From a bacterium (GTDB lineage Bacteria > Fidelibacterota > Fidelibacteria > Fidelibacterales > Fidelibacteraceae): a DNA stretch of 64,000 nucleotides. The position numbers were made by a program, and so were the translations under genes. Shown here piece by piece: positions 1 to 10,132 of this stretch; position 1 is the stretch's first letter, and each line of letters opens with the position of its first letter. Below the pieces are notes generated by a model. The model did no database searches and was not told the DNA's origin. It saw only the letters and a list, made by a program, of their open reading frames with translations. Location of the stretch: contig OY781066.1 of the NCBI GenBank assembly GCA_963676395.1, positions 32,001 through 96,000 of the forward strand, given 5' to 3'.

Positions 1-2
1 CA

Positions 3-791
3 AAAGATTTAAGTGATAAAAATGCTTTCATTTTAAAAGGATTAAGTATAGAAGGGAAAAAGGAAGATAGAGGTCACCTTTACTCTTTTAGCAATATTAA
101 ACAACAGAATGAAAACGGTGTCACATTTATTTTCGGTCAATTATTAAAGTATGACCCCCATTCTGACGAAGAAACATACGATGAATCTAAAAGTGTGATT
201 ATAAACACTCAAATAAAAAACAGGGTTCTTGGAAAAGCTTCTTTTATTATCAATTCGGATAGTAGTATTATTGCATTTTCACCTGCACCAAATATAATTA
301 CACAAGAAAGATTTATTAAAACCTTCAGGGATCTATTTAAAGAAAATCATGAAAACATGTTTACCGATATTTCATTATCATTGATTAAGGAGCAGTATAC
401 CTTCATAGAAAAAGTAAGAACACTAAAAACAATAAAGAGAATTAAAATAACGCTCTATCCATCTAATCCAAATAATAGAGATCGTTGGAAAGACATTGAC
501 GAAAGATTGCAAAAAAATGATATTACAAAATATACCGAAACACTTGAGAACAATAAAGATGAATCCGGAATAATCATTGATGATGAAACAGAAAATAAAT
601 TTCTTATGTCAGAAGATGGATATGGTGATTGCATGGCTGTAGGCAGTGATGAAAATGATGGAGAGAAAAAAATAACCACAAAAGAAAAAAATCGAACAAT
701 CACCTTTGATGTTGACAATGCCGAATCTTTATCCTTGTTAATAGAAATATTTCGAAGTAAAATTAAACAAATAACTGAAAGAATGAAATGA
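3..791 (+). CDS. Hypothetical soluble protein, DUF4747-like; 5'-partial
   Basis: Frame is open from nt 3 (KDLSDKNAFILKG...) into the ORF called at 195; motifs LYPSNP and EDGYG..AVG recall DUF4747-type proteins. Confidence 0.55.
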   Translation, partial: KDLSDKNAFILKGLSIEGKKEDRGHLYSFSNIKQQNENGVTFIFGQLLKYDPHSDEETYDESKSVIINTQIKNRVLGKASFIINSDSSIIAFSPAPNIITQERFIKTFRDLFKENHENMFTDISLSLIKEQYTFIEKVRTLKTIKRIKITLYPSNPNNRDRWKDIDERLQKNDITKYTETLENNKDESGIIIDDETENKFLMSEDGYGDCMAVGSDENDGEKKITTKEKNRTITFDVDNAESLSLLIEIFRSKIKQITERMK

Positions 792-1303
792 GATTAAAGG
801 ATATCATAATAAGTTGGGACACTGGAATATCGTTGGTTCTATCTACTATTTTATTCTTTTTATTACCCAAAGATTTAAACATTAATTTTAGTATTTCATT
901 TTTTAATATTGGAATAACAGTTCTATCAATCGTGTTTCCTTTGTTTTTTGCAGCATTAGCAATGATAATATCATCATCAGATAATGACTTTATTCTCTTT
1001 TTAGAAGAAGAGAATGATTTTACAGATCTAATTCAAACTTTTAAATTCACCCTATATTCTTTAATGATTAGTTTAATTTATGCCATTTCATTGTCAGTCA
1101 TTTCAAATTATGGACTCCTCCAAATTGAATGTAAAAAAAACGAAATTATATATCAGAACAAATGGTTTTTTGTTATTTTTGTTTTTCTTTTTACTTATAG
1201 TTTCTTCGCAACAATTCTAAGTATTAAAGATATTATTATGTATTCTCAAATGAGAAATAAATTTCTTTCAAAGAATAATAGTAAAAAAGATTCCCAATCA
1301 TAA
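788..1303 (+). CDS. Multi-pass membrane protein (about 4 TM)
   Basis: Four hydrophobic segments; ATGA overlap with the upstream gene. Confidence 0.75.
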   Translation: MRLKDIIISWDTGISLVLSTILFFLLPKDLNINFSISFFNIGITVLSIVFPLFFAALAMIISSSDNDFILFLEEENDFTDLIQTFKFTLYSLMISLIYAISLSVISNYGLLQIECKKNEIIYQNKWFFVIFVFLFTYSFFATILSIKDIIMYSQMRNKFLSKNNSKKDSQS

Positions 1304-1355
1304 TTTTATCATCAAATTCTCAAGAAATTGAAGGACAGATTTTTTATCTTCTTTC

Positions 1356-1661
1356 ATGTCGTCATTAAAACCATATCCAAGATCCAAGAAACAACCTGCC
1401 TGGCTATTCCAGTATACCGATCTTATAACCGGCAAATGGACTCAACGGGTTCTCCATTGCAGCAGAGAACAAGCTAATGGATATAAAAAATCCTTTGATG
1501 CTGACTACAACTATTTGAAGATGCATCCGGATGAAATTGAGATGAACCCGACAGACTACACCATCAAATATGCAACAGTAAGGTTTATCAAAACAAAAGC
1601 CGTTGATAAAGCTCATACTACATTCAAACGCTATCATAATGTACTTGATCATCTTATTTAA
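1356..1661 (+). pseudogene. Truncated tyrosine integrase, N-terminal arm-binding/core-binding part only
   Basis: W-x-F-Q-Y-T-D...GK beta motif followed by 'TTFKRYHNVLDHL' SAM-like helix; stops at 101 aa with no catalytic domain; next to a tRNA 3' end. Confidence 0.55.
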
Positions 1662-1676
1662 ACACTTCCTAAAAAC

Positions 1677-1726
1677 TGTCATTATTTTGTCATTATTTTT
1701 TAGCGGGAAATGTCGCTTTTTGTCGT
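1677..1726. repeat. Tandem direct repeats, probable integrase arm-type sites
   Basis: TGTCATTATTT twice (1677-1687, 1688-1698) then TGTCGCTTTT/TGTCGT (1711-1726). Confidence 0.5.
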
Positions 1727-1736
1727 GGTATAAGCA

Positions 1737-1763
1737 AAGAGACCCACTCTAACAGGGTCTCTT
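1737..1763 (-). terminator. Hairpin downstream of the tRNA pair
   Basis: AAGAGACCC-N9-GGGTCTCTT perfect inverted repeat. Confidence 0.6.
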
Positions 1764-1814
1764 CGAATGACTTATAGTCTTGTTTCCGCCTGTGTTTAAC
1801 AGGTCTTTGGAGTG

Positions 1815-1888
<74 letters not shown>

Positions 1889-1950
1889 AAATACCACAAA
1901 TCACTCCATTAGCTTCGTCAAGATAACTTCATGATTTGCATGGTATTCTG

Positions 1951-2024
1951 TGGGTAGTACAAGATTCGAACTTGTGACCTCCTGCGTGTCGAGCAGGCGC
2001 TCTAACCAGCTGAGCTAACCACCC
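1951..2024 (-). tRNA. tRNA-Val(GAC)
   Basis: GGGTGGTTAGCTCAGCTGGTTAGAGCGCCTGCTCGACACGCAGG...GTTCGAATC cloverleaf. Confidence 0.92.
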
Positions 2025-2042
2025 ATTGTAAAAAAGCCATGA

Positions 2043-2071
2043 AATGTAAATGAATTATCAGGGATTATCAA
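2043..2071 (-). promoter_or_regulatory. sigma70-type promoter of the tRNA pair
   Basis: TTGATA-N17-TACATT on the minus strand just upstream of tRNA-Val. Confidence 0.6.
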
Positions 2072-2148
2072 TAGATTTTTTTATTAATATCAAGATTGTA
2101 AATGTGCTAATGACTTAAAAGCTCTCCACATGATCAAAAACATCTATA

Positions 2149-3561
2149 TCACCAAAGTAAAACCTCTTTTACCGGGAAAACCACCTCCAAATTATGCTCC
2201 TGCAATCCTCTCCAAAGATCCAAATATCTAAAGTTATCGTAGGCTTTACCAGTAAGATATAAAAAGGTAAAACGCCCTTTATAATGCTCCCCCCTATCAA
2301 TTCGATTATTCAGTAAAGCGGAATAAATATAATTGACAAGATCACCCGGTCTGCGTCCGTATTTATCAGTGATATTCCATGCGTCATAGTCTTTTTCATT
2401 AAGCACTGTTGCTATCACGGATAAATAGTCAGCATGAATCAATATATCGTTTACAAGCATCATATTTGCTGGCGTTTTATAAAATGCTGCGTTAGCCGAC
2501 AGAATATATGGAATGGTGATCTGTTCATAATAATCCCAACATGACTTTAACAGTAAATCATCGTCTAAATAATCGGATATAATGACCATTTGAGCAAGCC
2601 ACGCCATCCCATAAATATTCTTTTTAGCTCTCATACTAACACCAAATTTATCATAGATCAGAAATTTACTGTACTCTTTCAGCCAATATGTCAGTTCTTC
2701 CTTTTCGGCATTATTGAAAAATTTGCTCAGGACTTTAGCCGACCTGACAATCTCAATCAGGGGAGCCGCTTCATAAATTCCGGTAAATCTTCCCGTATTC
2801 CTATTAGGTATTGTTTGTGCATGGCGCATATGTGGAGACATACGCGTTTCTTTATCAATAAACCATGCTTTTATATGATCTACCGCTTTATTAGCGTAAA
2901 GCTTATTGTCTGTTATCAAATATAAGCTTGTCAAGCTTGAAATAATATCGCCAGTCTTGATCAATATGTTTTTATGATCAAGAAAAGCTTGAGGATTCTT
3001 TTTGTTTTCACTGATTCGATATGGATCATTCGGCTTACCGGGAACAGGCCACCAGCTTTGCCCCTCAGAATAATAATCGTTTACTTTTCCGGGAGACCTA
3101 TCGCTAATAAATTCTTCCAAAACGATAACATCTTCTTCTAAGTAACTTTCTGCCTTTGACATTAAACGCCTATCTTCGATTTTAACAATATCGATCTCTT
3201 TGTTAATAGTAAATGAAATGGGAATAGCTACGCGAACCGGCGATTTTACTCCATTAAGATAATAAGGATAAAAACGTTGTTGTTTCAATGCGGCTATAGC
3301 GGCGTCATTCAAGTAATCATTACCCTGTAAAACCTCGCAATCTATAACATTGCCAGCGGTGTCGACATACGCCATTAACAAAATTTGGCCTTCAATACCT
3401 TTTCGAAGGGCAAAATCAGGATAAATGATGGCATCAAGCAGAGCTTCTTTACCACCGATCATCTGTAGTTTGTAGTCATTCTCAGATATTTGAGGAGCGG
3501 TTGTAGCGCAGGATAAGAGGAACAATAAGGATATAAACATACAAAGGATGAGTTTTTTCAT
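2149..3561 (-). CDS. Lipoprotein: TonB C-terminal domain fused to an alginate-lyase-family domain
   Basis: Lipobox LLSC; 'YPDFALRKGIEG...VDTAG...P.Y.NG..V.VAIPISF' TonB-C; 'DYYSEG.SWWP.P', 'WF...ETRM.P...AQ.I..R.TGR..GI' lyase motifs. Confidence 0.8.
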   Translation of the reverse strand: MKKLILCMFISLLFLLSCATTAPQISENDYKLQMIGGKEALLDAIIYPDFALRKGIEGQILLMAYVDTAGNVIDCEVLQGNDYLNDAAIAALKQQRFYPYYLNGVKSPVRVAIPISFTINKEIDIVKIEDRRLMSKAESYLEEDVIVLEEFISDRSPGKVNDYYSEGQSWWPVPGKPNDPYRISENKKNPQAFLDHKNILIKTGDIISSLTSLYLITDNKLYANKAVDHIKAWFIDKETRMSPHMRHAQTIPNRNTGRFTGIYEAAPLIEIVRSAKVLSKFFNNAEKEELTYWLKEYSKFLIYDKFGVSMRAKKNIYGMAWLAQMVIISDYLDDDLLLKSCWDYYEQITIPYILSANAAFYKTPANMMLVNDILIHADYLSVIATVLNEKDYDAWNITDKYGRRPGDLVNYIYSALLNNRIDRGEHYKGRFTFLYLTGKAYDNFRYLDLWRGLQEHNLEVVFPVKEVLLW

Positions 3562-3715
3562 TTTTCTCTCCTTTTTCTTGTTTGTTTAATTTTAGGGGAA
3601 ATAATCACATATTTCAAGAATAAATTTCCATATTAGTATTTAAAGACGTCAAATTTTGCCTCTATACAATTCCTTTTTTCTTTTCACTGTTTACTTTTTC
3701 CTTTATCTTAGACAC

Positions 3716-5146
3716 ATGAATAATGACAATAAACAAATTCGCGTCCGATTTGCTCCCTCACCTACCGGACATTTGCACATCGGAGGGGTTAGAACAGCGC
3801 TTTTCAATTATTTATATGCTCGACAAAGAAACGGCGTATTCTGTCTTCGCATCGAAGATACCGATAAAGAAAGATCAACGGAAGAAAACATGAATGAGAT
3901 CCTAAGCGCTCTTGAATGGCTGGGATTGTCTGCCGATGAAACACCTGTGATCCAATCTCAGCATGCTGAAGCTCATTTGGACGCCGCTCAAGACCTTCTT
4001 GCAAGAAATAAAGCCTACCGTTGTTTTTGTTCAAAAGAAGAACTTGACGCCGATAAAGCAAAATGTGAAGCCGAAAAACAAGCATATCGATACAGTGGTC
4101 GTTGCAAACACCTGAGTCCGGAAGAAATTCAATCAAAATTGGATGCCGGTCTCCCCTATACGGTAAGGTTTCGGGTACCCGAAGGCGTAACACGCTTTAA
4201 AGATATGGTGTATAAAGATATTGCTGTAAATAACGAAGAAATTGACGACTTCATTATTATCCGATCAGATGGTAGCCCTATCTATCAACTCTCAGTTGTT
4301 GTGGATGATGCAAACATGAATATCACGCATGTTATTCGCGGTGAAGATCACCTATCAAACACACCAAAGCAAATCTTGCTGTATTTAGCCTTAGATAAGA
4401 AAGTACCAAAATTCGGACATTTACCTCTAATTCTTGCAAGTGACGGAAAACGCTTATCAAAACGGCATGGAGCCACCTCTGTTGACGAATTTAAAGAGAT
4501 GGGATTCCTGCCTGAGGGCTTACTTAACGGCCTTGCACTACTTGGTTGGGGTGACGTCACGAAACCCATATTTAAGCTTACAGAGCTTGAAAAGCGCTTT
4601 GATATAAGCAAAGTAAACAAAAAAGGCGCTATTTTTGATCTTGATAAACTAGGTTGGATAAATGGTAAGCATCTTTCACGTTGTGATGCGAAAGATATAT
4701 GGCCTTTTGTTAAAGAGCTTTGGTTAAAAGAAAAGTGGATCGACGGGAGTTTCCCTGAGTCTACAGGTATTGAATATACCAAGCTTTTAAAAGCAAGAAT
4801 GCGTTTATTGCAAGAATTTGTGGCATACGGTGAATATCTGTTCAAAGATCCGGTCACATATGATAAAGCAGCAGTAGAAAAACATTTAATAAGTAAGGAC
4901 AGTAAATTACATATTAAAGCTTTAATAGCCGATTTTGAAAATTGCAATATGTTTAGTCTGGAGAATAGTGAAAATACTCTTCGAAATACTGCTGAAAAAT
5001 TAGACATTAAAGCAGCTGATTTAATCCATCCCTTGCGTATTGCCGTAACCGGTTTTGGTGTAAGTCCCGGTATTTTCGAGATTTGTGTTATTCTTGGTAA
5101 AGATGTGGTAATCAGACGTTTAAACAATTTAATAACATTTTTATAA
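3716..5146 (+). CDS. gltX: Glutamate--tRNA ligase
   Basis: RFAPSPTG, HIGG, LSKR motifs; start moved to ATG 3716. Confidence 0.97.
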   Translation: MNNDNKQIRVRFAPSPTGHLHIGGVRTALFNYLYARQRNGVFCLRIEDTDKERSTEENMNEILSALEWLGLSADETPVIQSQHAEAHLDAAQDLLARNKAYRCFCSKEELDADKAKCEAEKQAYRYSGRCKHLSPEEIQSKLDAGLPYTVRFRVPEGVTRFKDMVYKDIAVNNEEIDDFIIIRSDGSPIYQLSVVVDDANMNITHVIRGEDHLSNTPKQILLYLALDKKVPKFGHLPLILASDGKRLSKRHGATSVDEFKEMGFLPEGLLNGLALLGWGDVTKPIFKLTELEKRFDISKVNKKGAIFDLDKLGWINGKHLSRCDAKDIWPFVKELWLKEKWIDGSFPESTGIEYTKLLKARMRLLQEFVAYGEYLFKDPVTYDKAAVEKHLISKDSKLHIKALIADFENCNMFSLENSENTLRNTAEKLDIKAADLIHPLRIAVTGFGVSPGIFEICVILGKDVVIRRLNNLITFL

Positions 5147-5252
5147 TATTTTTTAGCAATTAGAAAAATGTGACCTAGGTCACACATTAAATTTCGCCCT
5201 CGACAAGCCCCTTTATTTATTGTATTTTTAATCAAAATTGAGGGGCGACGAA

Positions 5253-6335
5253 ATGAAAGGGACGATCATTTTCTTCATGTGCGTTTGCGCACTTTTTGCT
5301 CATGCTTTACCTATAGCTTGGATCAACGAGATCCACTATGAGAACATTGGCACCGATAAAAACGAATTCGTAGAGGTTGTGGTATTAAATCCTGAGGATT
5401 ACTACCTGGATGACCTCGCTTTATACCTTGTAAACGGATACAATGGTGTATGTTATTCGCTTGATACTGTTCAAGAATTTGAATTGGGAGAACGCGTAGG
5501 CAATTATCAATTTTATATTTGGTATAAACGGGGATTGCAAAATGATACGGAAGGCATGCATCTTGTTTTTCGAGATACAACTTTAGATATCATAGCCTAC
5601 GAAGGATCGTTTACGGGCTGTAGTGAACCTTCGACCGGATTAGTTTTTCCCGATATCTGTGTTTGTGAAAATAACGCCTCCCCCGATACGTGCTCGGTTT
5701 ACAGATGTGCTGGGCGCGATTCGGAATGGATGTTTGGTGTTGCTACACCCGGTTCTTGTAATGTGGGACAAAATTTTAATGAACGCAGTTCTAAATTAAT
5801 TCTAAATGAATTTAAAATTAAATTGATCGATACTGATCCATTGATCATTTGGTCTTGTAGTCAGGAAGATGATATTTGCAAATATAAATTGTATAAAAAC
5901 AGACATTTGATCTATGAAGTTGAAAAATCTTTCAATAATGACCAAAATACTTATCATTACCATGATCATGCAAAATTTAAAATAAACAACAGCGAATACA
6001 TTCTTTCACAACTTCATCTTAACGGTAATGAGACCTTTCTTGACACACTCATTTGCTCATTACCCACTCACAGGGATATTGGGTTGGGAATTCCCTTTCC
6101 CAACCCTTTTAATCCCATTATTTCTTTACCTTATACGCTTGAAAACACCGGAGATATTGATATTTCAGTCAATGATCTCTTCGGAAAACAAGTGTATCAT
6201 ATACATAAGCATATTCATGCTAAAGGTGCATATTTACATCAAATTGATATGAGCGATTTTGCAAGTGGAGAGTATATTCTACAATTTAAAAAAGATCAGA
6301 AGGTCATTAGCCATAAAATATCACTTATAAAGTAG
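5253..6335 (+). CDS. Secreted protein with lamin-tail-like N-terminal domain and PNPFNP C-terminal sorting domain
   Basis: Signal peptide, 'WINEIHY...NEFVEV', C-terminal 'FPNPFNP...ASGEYIL...KISLIK'. Confidence 0.7.
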   Translation: MKGTIIFFMCVCALFAHALPIAWINEIHYENIGTDKNEFVEVVVLNPEDYYLDDLALYLVNGYNGVCYSLDTVQEFELGERVGNYQFYIWYKRGLQNDTEGMHLVFRDTTLDIIAYEGSFTGCSEPSTGLVFPDICVCENNASPDTCSVYRCAGRDSEWMFGVATPGSCNVGQNFNERSSKLILNEFKIKLIDTDPLIIWSCSQEDDICKYKLYKNRHLIYEVEKSFNNDQNTYHYHDHAKFKINNSEYILSQLHLNGNETFLDTLICSLPTHRDIGLGIPFPNPFNPIISLPYTLENTGDIDISVNDLFGKQVYHIHKHIHAKGAYLHQIDMSDFASGEYILQFKKDQKVISHKISLIK

Positions 6336-6515
6336 CTCTTAGCTCATAAAAAAGTCGATAAAATTAAACGCGGTTAAATGAAAGACAACAGTATTTTGAT
6401 TTTCTCCGCTTCTGGAATACACAACTCATTTTATCTCACTATATATCATTTGATTATTCCTTAATCGATTTATCATTATACTTCCACTTTTTCATTGGAA
6501 CACTTATATTTAAAG

Positions 6516-7811
6516 ATGAGAAAAAAACGCTTTTATATCGAAACATATGGATGCCAAATGAATGAGTATGATTCTGAGTTACTCTCTGGTATCCTGCAAG
6601 ATCACGAATACGAACTATGCGCTTCTGCCGAAGAAGCCGATGTAATTCTATTGAATACGTGTTCGGTACGGGATCACGCTGAACAAAAGATCCATTCAAG
6701 ATTAGGTGAGTTAAAACATATTAAAGACCGCAAACCCGAATTAAAGCTTGGTGTTGTAGGATGTATGGCTCAAAATCTTAAGAAAGATCTGATCAAAAAT
6801 AAACCCTACGTTAATGTTATCCTTGGTCCCGATTCATATCGAAATATTTTCGATATTCTTGGAGCTGAGGAAAAACATACGATAGACACAAAACTTTCAA
6901 AATATGAAGTGTATGACGGCTTATTTCCAGCCCGCCGTGAGGGTATCAATGCCTGGATTTCCATTATGCGCGGTTGTAATAAATTTTGCACCTATTGTAT
7001 TGTCCCTTATACACGTGGTCGTGAAAGAAGCCGTAGTATAGAAAGTATTGTGGAAGAAGCAAAGCGATGCGTTAGCGATGGTTTTGTAGAAATCACATTA
7101 TTAGGGCAAAACGTTAATTCTTTTGACCATAACAATCGCAAATTTCCCAAATTATTAGAGGCTATGGCAAAAATTGATGGTTTAAAACGCTTGCGCTATA
7201 CCTCACCTCATCCTCAGGATGTTGATGAGGATCTTCTTCGTGTACATGCAGATTACAAACCTTTAATAGCCAATCATATTCATCTACCTCTGCAAGCCGG
7301 CTCAGATTCGGTTTTAAAAGCAATGAATAGAACGTATTCCCAAGAACACTATTTAAAGCTGGTCGATATGATCAGAAAATTCGTTCCCGATATGGGAATT
7401 ACCACTGATATTATTGTCGGTTTCCCGGGAGAAACCGAAGCCGATTACAGAGAAACACTTAAAGTAATGGAATATGTTAAATACGATTCGGCTTATACCT
7501 TTAAGTATTCACCCAGACCCTATACAAAAGCGTATAAAATGGAAGATGATGTAAGTGAAGCGGAAAAATCTGCTCGTTTAACAGAACTGATCAATTTACA
7601 AAAAGCACATACTTTAGAACGATATAAAGCAATGATTGGTAAAGAGGTCGATGTTTTGGTAGAGACACGAAGTAAAAAGCGAGCTGATGAGATGCGTGGT
7701 AGAACAGCGTGCAACAAAATAGTTATCTTTCCAAAAGAAGATCATAAACCCAAAGATCTTATAAAGCTTAAGATCAATGATGCCCAAGGTGTGACACTTT
7801 TTTCAAAGTAA
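6516..7811 (+). CDS. miaB: tRNA-2-methylthio-N6-dimethylallyladenosine synthase
   Basis: TYGCQMN, NTCSVR, radical SAM CNKFCTYC, C-terminal TRAM domain. Confidence 0.95.
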   Translation: MRKKRFYIETYGCQMNEYDSELLSGILQDHEYELCASAEEADVILLNTCSVRDHAEQKIHSRLGELKHIKDRKPELKLGVVGCMAQNLKKDLIKNKPYVNVILGPDSYRNIFDILGAEEKHTIDTKLSKYEVYDGLFPARREGINAWISIMRGCNKFCTYCIVPYTRGRERSRSIESIVEEAKRCVSDGFVEITLLGQNVNSFDHNNRKFPKLLEAMAKIDGLKRLRYTSPHPQDVDEDLLRVHADYKPLIANHIHLPLQAGSDSVLKAMNRTYSQEHYLKLVDMIRKFVPDMGITTDIIVGFPGETEADYRETLKVMEYVKYDSAYTFKYSPRPYTKAYKMEDDVSEAEKSARLTELINLQKAHTLERYKAMIGKEVDVLVETRSKKRADEMRGRTACNKIVIFPKEDHKPKDLIKLKINDAQGVTLFSK

Positions 7812-7817
7812 AATTTT

Positions 7818-8711
7818 ATGGTAGTCAGAATCTATAGAAAAAAATACGACTTGGCTTTTCGCCACATGGCAACTCAGGAATTTCAGCATCAAAGTCAGTT
7901 TTCACTGACAGAAGATGATATTGTCAGTGATGGTGTTTTTAATCATAAAAAATCACTTTTTCTCGGTGTTTATTCCACATCAGTGATTGAAGGTATGATC
8001 GTTAAATATAAGGTGCGGGAATATTTTGCTAAAAAAGGGATACATAATCTCTCCTGGCATATTAATATGAACGACCCCTATGTTCACAGATTTGTGTTAA
8101 TGACAGAAAATGAGAGCGGAAAGCATAAACTGATTGAGTTGGTTTTGCAAAGAAAAAACTTAAAGTTGCCTTTAGAAAAAGGCAATTATATGAATTTGGA
8201 GTTTCTTCATGTAGAGTGGTTAATGATGCAAAATCCCTATAAAGCCTTTGCCACAAACAGGCCTCCCCTTCCTGGGCAAAAAGCACCCGGATTAGGCGTT
8301 GGTTTACATATGCTGCAAATTCTATTCCATCTTGCTAAAAAAGCAAATACCCATGGACTGATTAATTCACCAAATTACTTGCACACGGCAATCTTCTTTT
8401 CCCGCGCCTTTCATTTTCTCGATCCTAAGGTTGAAGCTTTTATGCAAGTCATTAAATATCAAAAACTTCCACACTATAATCCCTACACTCTCTCCTGGGC
8501 AGATGAATATGGCGCCTTGCAACATAAACGAAGTTCTCGCTCGGTAACTTGGCGTCCTTCGACCATGGTAGCCCCCATTACACCCGAAGCCAAGCGTTAT
8601 TTTTATTCCAGATACTATCGTTTACAAGTCAGAAAAACCCGTCAAAAACTCAAACTGCACGTCAATATGAAAAAATTAACAAAGAAATTGAGAGAAAACG
8701 GACAAATCTAA
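7818..8711 (+). CDS. Conserved hypothetical protein, possibly GNAT-like
   Basis: EWLMMQNP...RPPLPGQKAPGLG motif; follows miaB by 6 nt. Confidence 0.6.
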   Translation: MVVRIYRKKYDLAFRHMATQEFQHQSQFSLTEDDIVSDGVFNHKKSLFLGVYSTSVIEGMIVKYKVREYFAKKGIHNLSWHINMNDPYVHRFVLMTENESGKHKLIELVLQRKNLKLPLEKGNYMNLEFLHVEWLMMQNPYKAFATNRPPLPGQKAPGLGVGLHMLQILFHLAKKANTHGLINSPNYLHTAIFFSRAFHFLDPKVEAFMQVIKYQKLPHYNPYTLSWADEYGALQHKRSSRSVTWRPSTMVAPITPEAKRYFYSRYYRLQVRKTRQKLKLHVNMKKLTKKLRENGQI

Positions 8712-8926
8712 TCATTAATTGCAAAGACGATATAATGGTTTTATTGCATGAGACAGTTATGTTTATCTTCCATAAAGTAAAACGAATTAATTAATAAACG
8801 ACATTTCGATAATTATCCTATATCATTTGATTATCAGCAAATTATTTTTGTTTTTTATTGAATTTTATTTGATTTCTGATGTTATTTTGGATATATTTCT
8901 TGCCATTAAAAATGAGGAGAAATAAA

Positions 8927-10108
8927 ATGGACAAAAAGAAAATCATCCTGGCTTACAGTGGCGGTTTAGATACCACCTGTGCCATCCCATGGTTGAAAGA
9001 GAACGGATACGATGAGGTGATCTGTTTTTCAGCTAATTTGGGCAGCGAATTCTCACCGGAGGACCTTAAAGAAAGGGGCATTCAGACGGGGGCTTCTCAA
9101 GTCATCGTCAAAGATCTCCGAGAGGAATTAGCGCGAGATTTTCTTATTCCGGGTTTAAAAGCTAACTTAATTTATGAAGGTAAATATTTATTGGCAACAG
9201 CCTATGGTCGTCCTCTTATCGCCAAATATCTTGTGGATTGTGCTCACGAAATGGGCGTTGATACTGTAGGGCACGGTTGCTCTGCAAAAGGAAACGATCA
9301 GGTAAGGCTTGATGTAACCGTCAAAATGCTTGATTCAAATCTTAAAATTGTTGCTCCATTACGTTATTGGGAGTTATCTTCCCGTGAATCTGAAATTGAA
9401 TATGCGGAAAAAAAAAATCTTCCTATTAAGCTGACAAAAGAAAAAATTTACAGTATAGATCAAAACATTTGGGGTATTGCCGTTGAATGTGGCGCATTGG
9501 AAGATCTAAGAAATTCAACTCCCGAAGATTCATATGTTATGTGTAATCGTCTAGAAGACACACCCGATGAAGCTGAATATGTCACCATCGAGTTCGAAAA
9601 AGGTGTTCCTATCGCCATGAATGGTAAAAATATGGAATTCCTTGATATGATCGAAGAATTAAATGAAATTGCCGGTAAGCATGGTATTGGTCGTACCGAT
9701 CTTGTAGAAGATCGTATCGTTGGTATTAAATCACGCGAAATCTACGAAGCACCGGCAGGTTGGACCTTAATCCAAGCTCACAAAGAACTTGAAGCTGTTG
9801 TTCTTGATAGAGAAACACTTGCATTTAAAGAACAAATTGCTCTTAAATATGCTCAAATGTTATATCAGGGCTTGTGGTATACTCGCCTTCGCGAAAGTTT
9901 GGCTGCATTTGTCGATAAAACACAAGAACATGTCACCGGTAAAGTTACCATGAAGATGTATAAAGGCAATTTGGTTGTCACTTCGCGCGAAACCCCCTAC
10001 TCTATGTATAGAATGAGTATGGCTACCTACGGTGATGAAGACGAATATGTACGCGAAAATGCTGAAGCATTTATTGATCTATTCGCAATGCCCTTCCTTG
10101 AAAAATAA
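8927..10108 (+). CDS. argG: Argininosuccinate synthase
   Basis: LAYSGGLDT, HGCSAKGNDQVR, KSREIYEAP; AGGAG SD before ATG 8927. Confidence 0.97.
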   Translation: MDKKKIILAYSGGLDTTCAIPWLKENGYDEVICFSANLGSEFSPEDLKERGIQTGASQVIVKDLREELARDFLIPGLKANLIYEGKYLLATAYGRPLIAKYLVDCAHEMGVDTVGHGCSAKGNDQVRLDVTVKMLDSNLKIVAPLRYWELSSRESEIEYAEKKNLPIKLTKEKIYSIDQNIWGIAVECGALEDLRNSTPEDSYVMCNRLEDTPDEAEYVTIEFEKGVPIAMNGKNMEFLDMIEELNEIAGKHGIGRTDLVEDRIVGIKSREIYEAPAGWTLIQAHKELEAVVLDRETLAFKEQIALKYAQMLYQGLWYTRLRESLAAFVDKTQEHVTGKVTMKMYKGNLVVTSRETPYSMYRMSMATYGDEDEYVRENAEAFIDLFAMPFLEK

Positions 10109-10132
10109 TTAGGGTTTTGAATAACATAAAAT

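Noticed and set aside
4348..5235. 295-aa antisense ORF over gltX
   Set aside because: Mirror-frame shadow of a conserved gene with no recognisable motifs
8715..8920. ARG box or riboswitch upstream of argG
   Set aside because: AT-rich spacer with no convincing palindrome or stable structure
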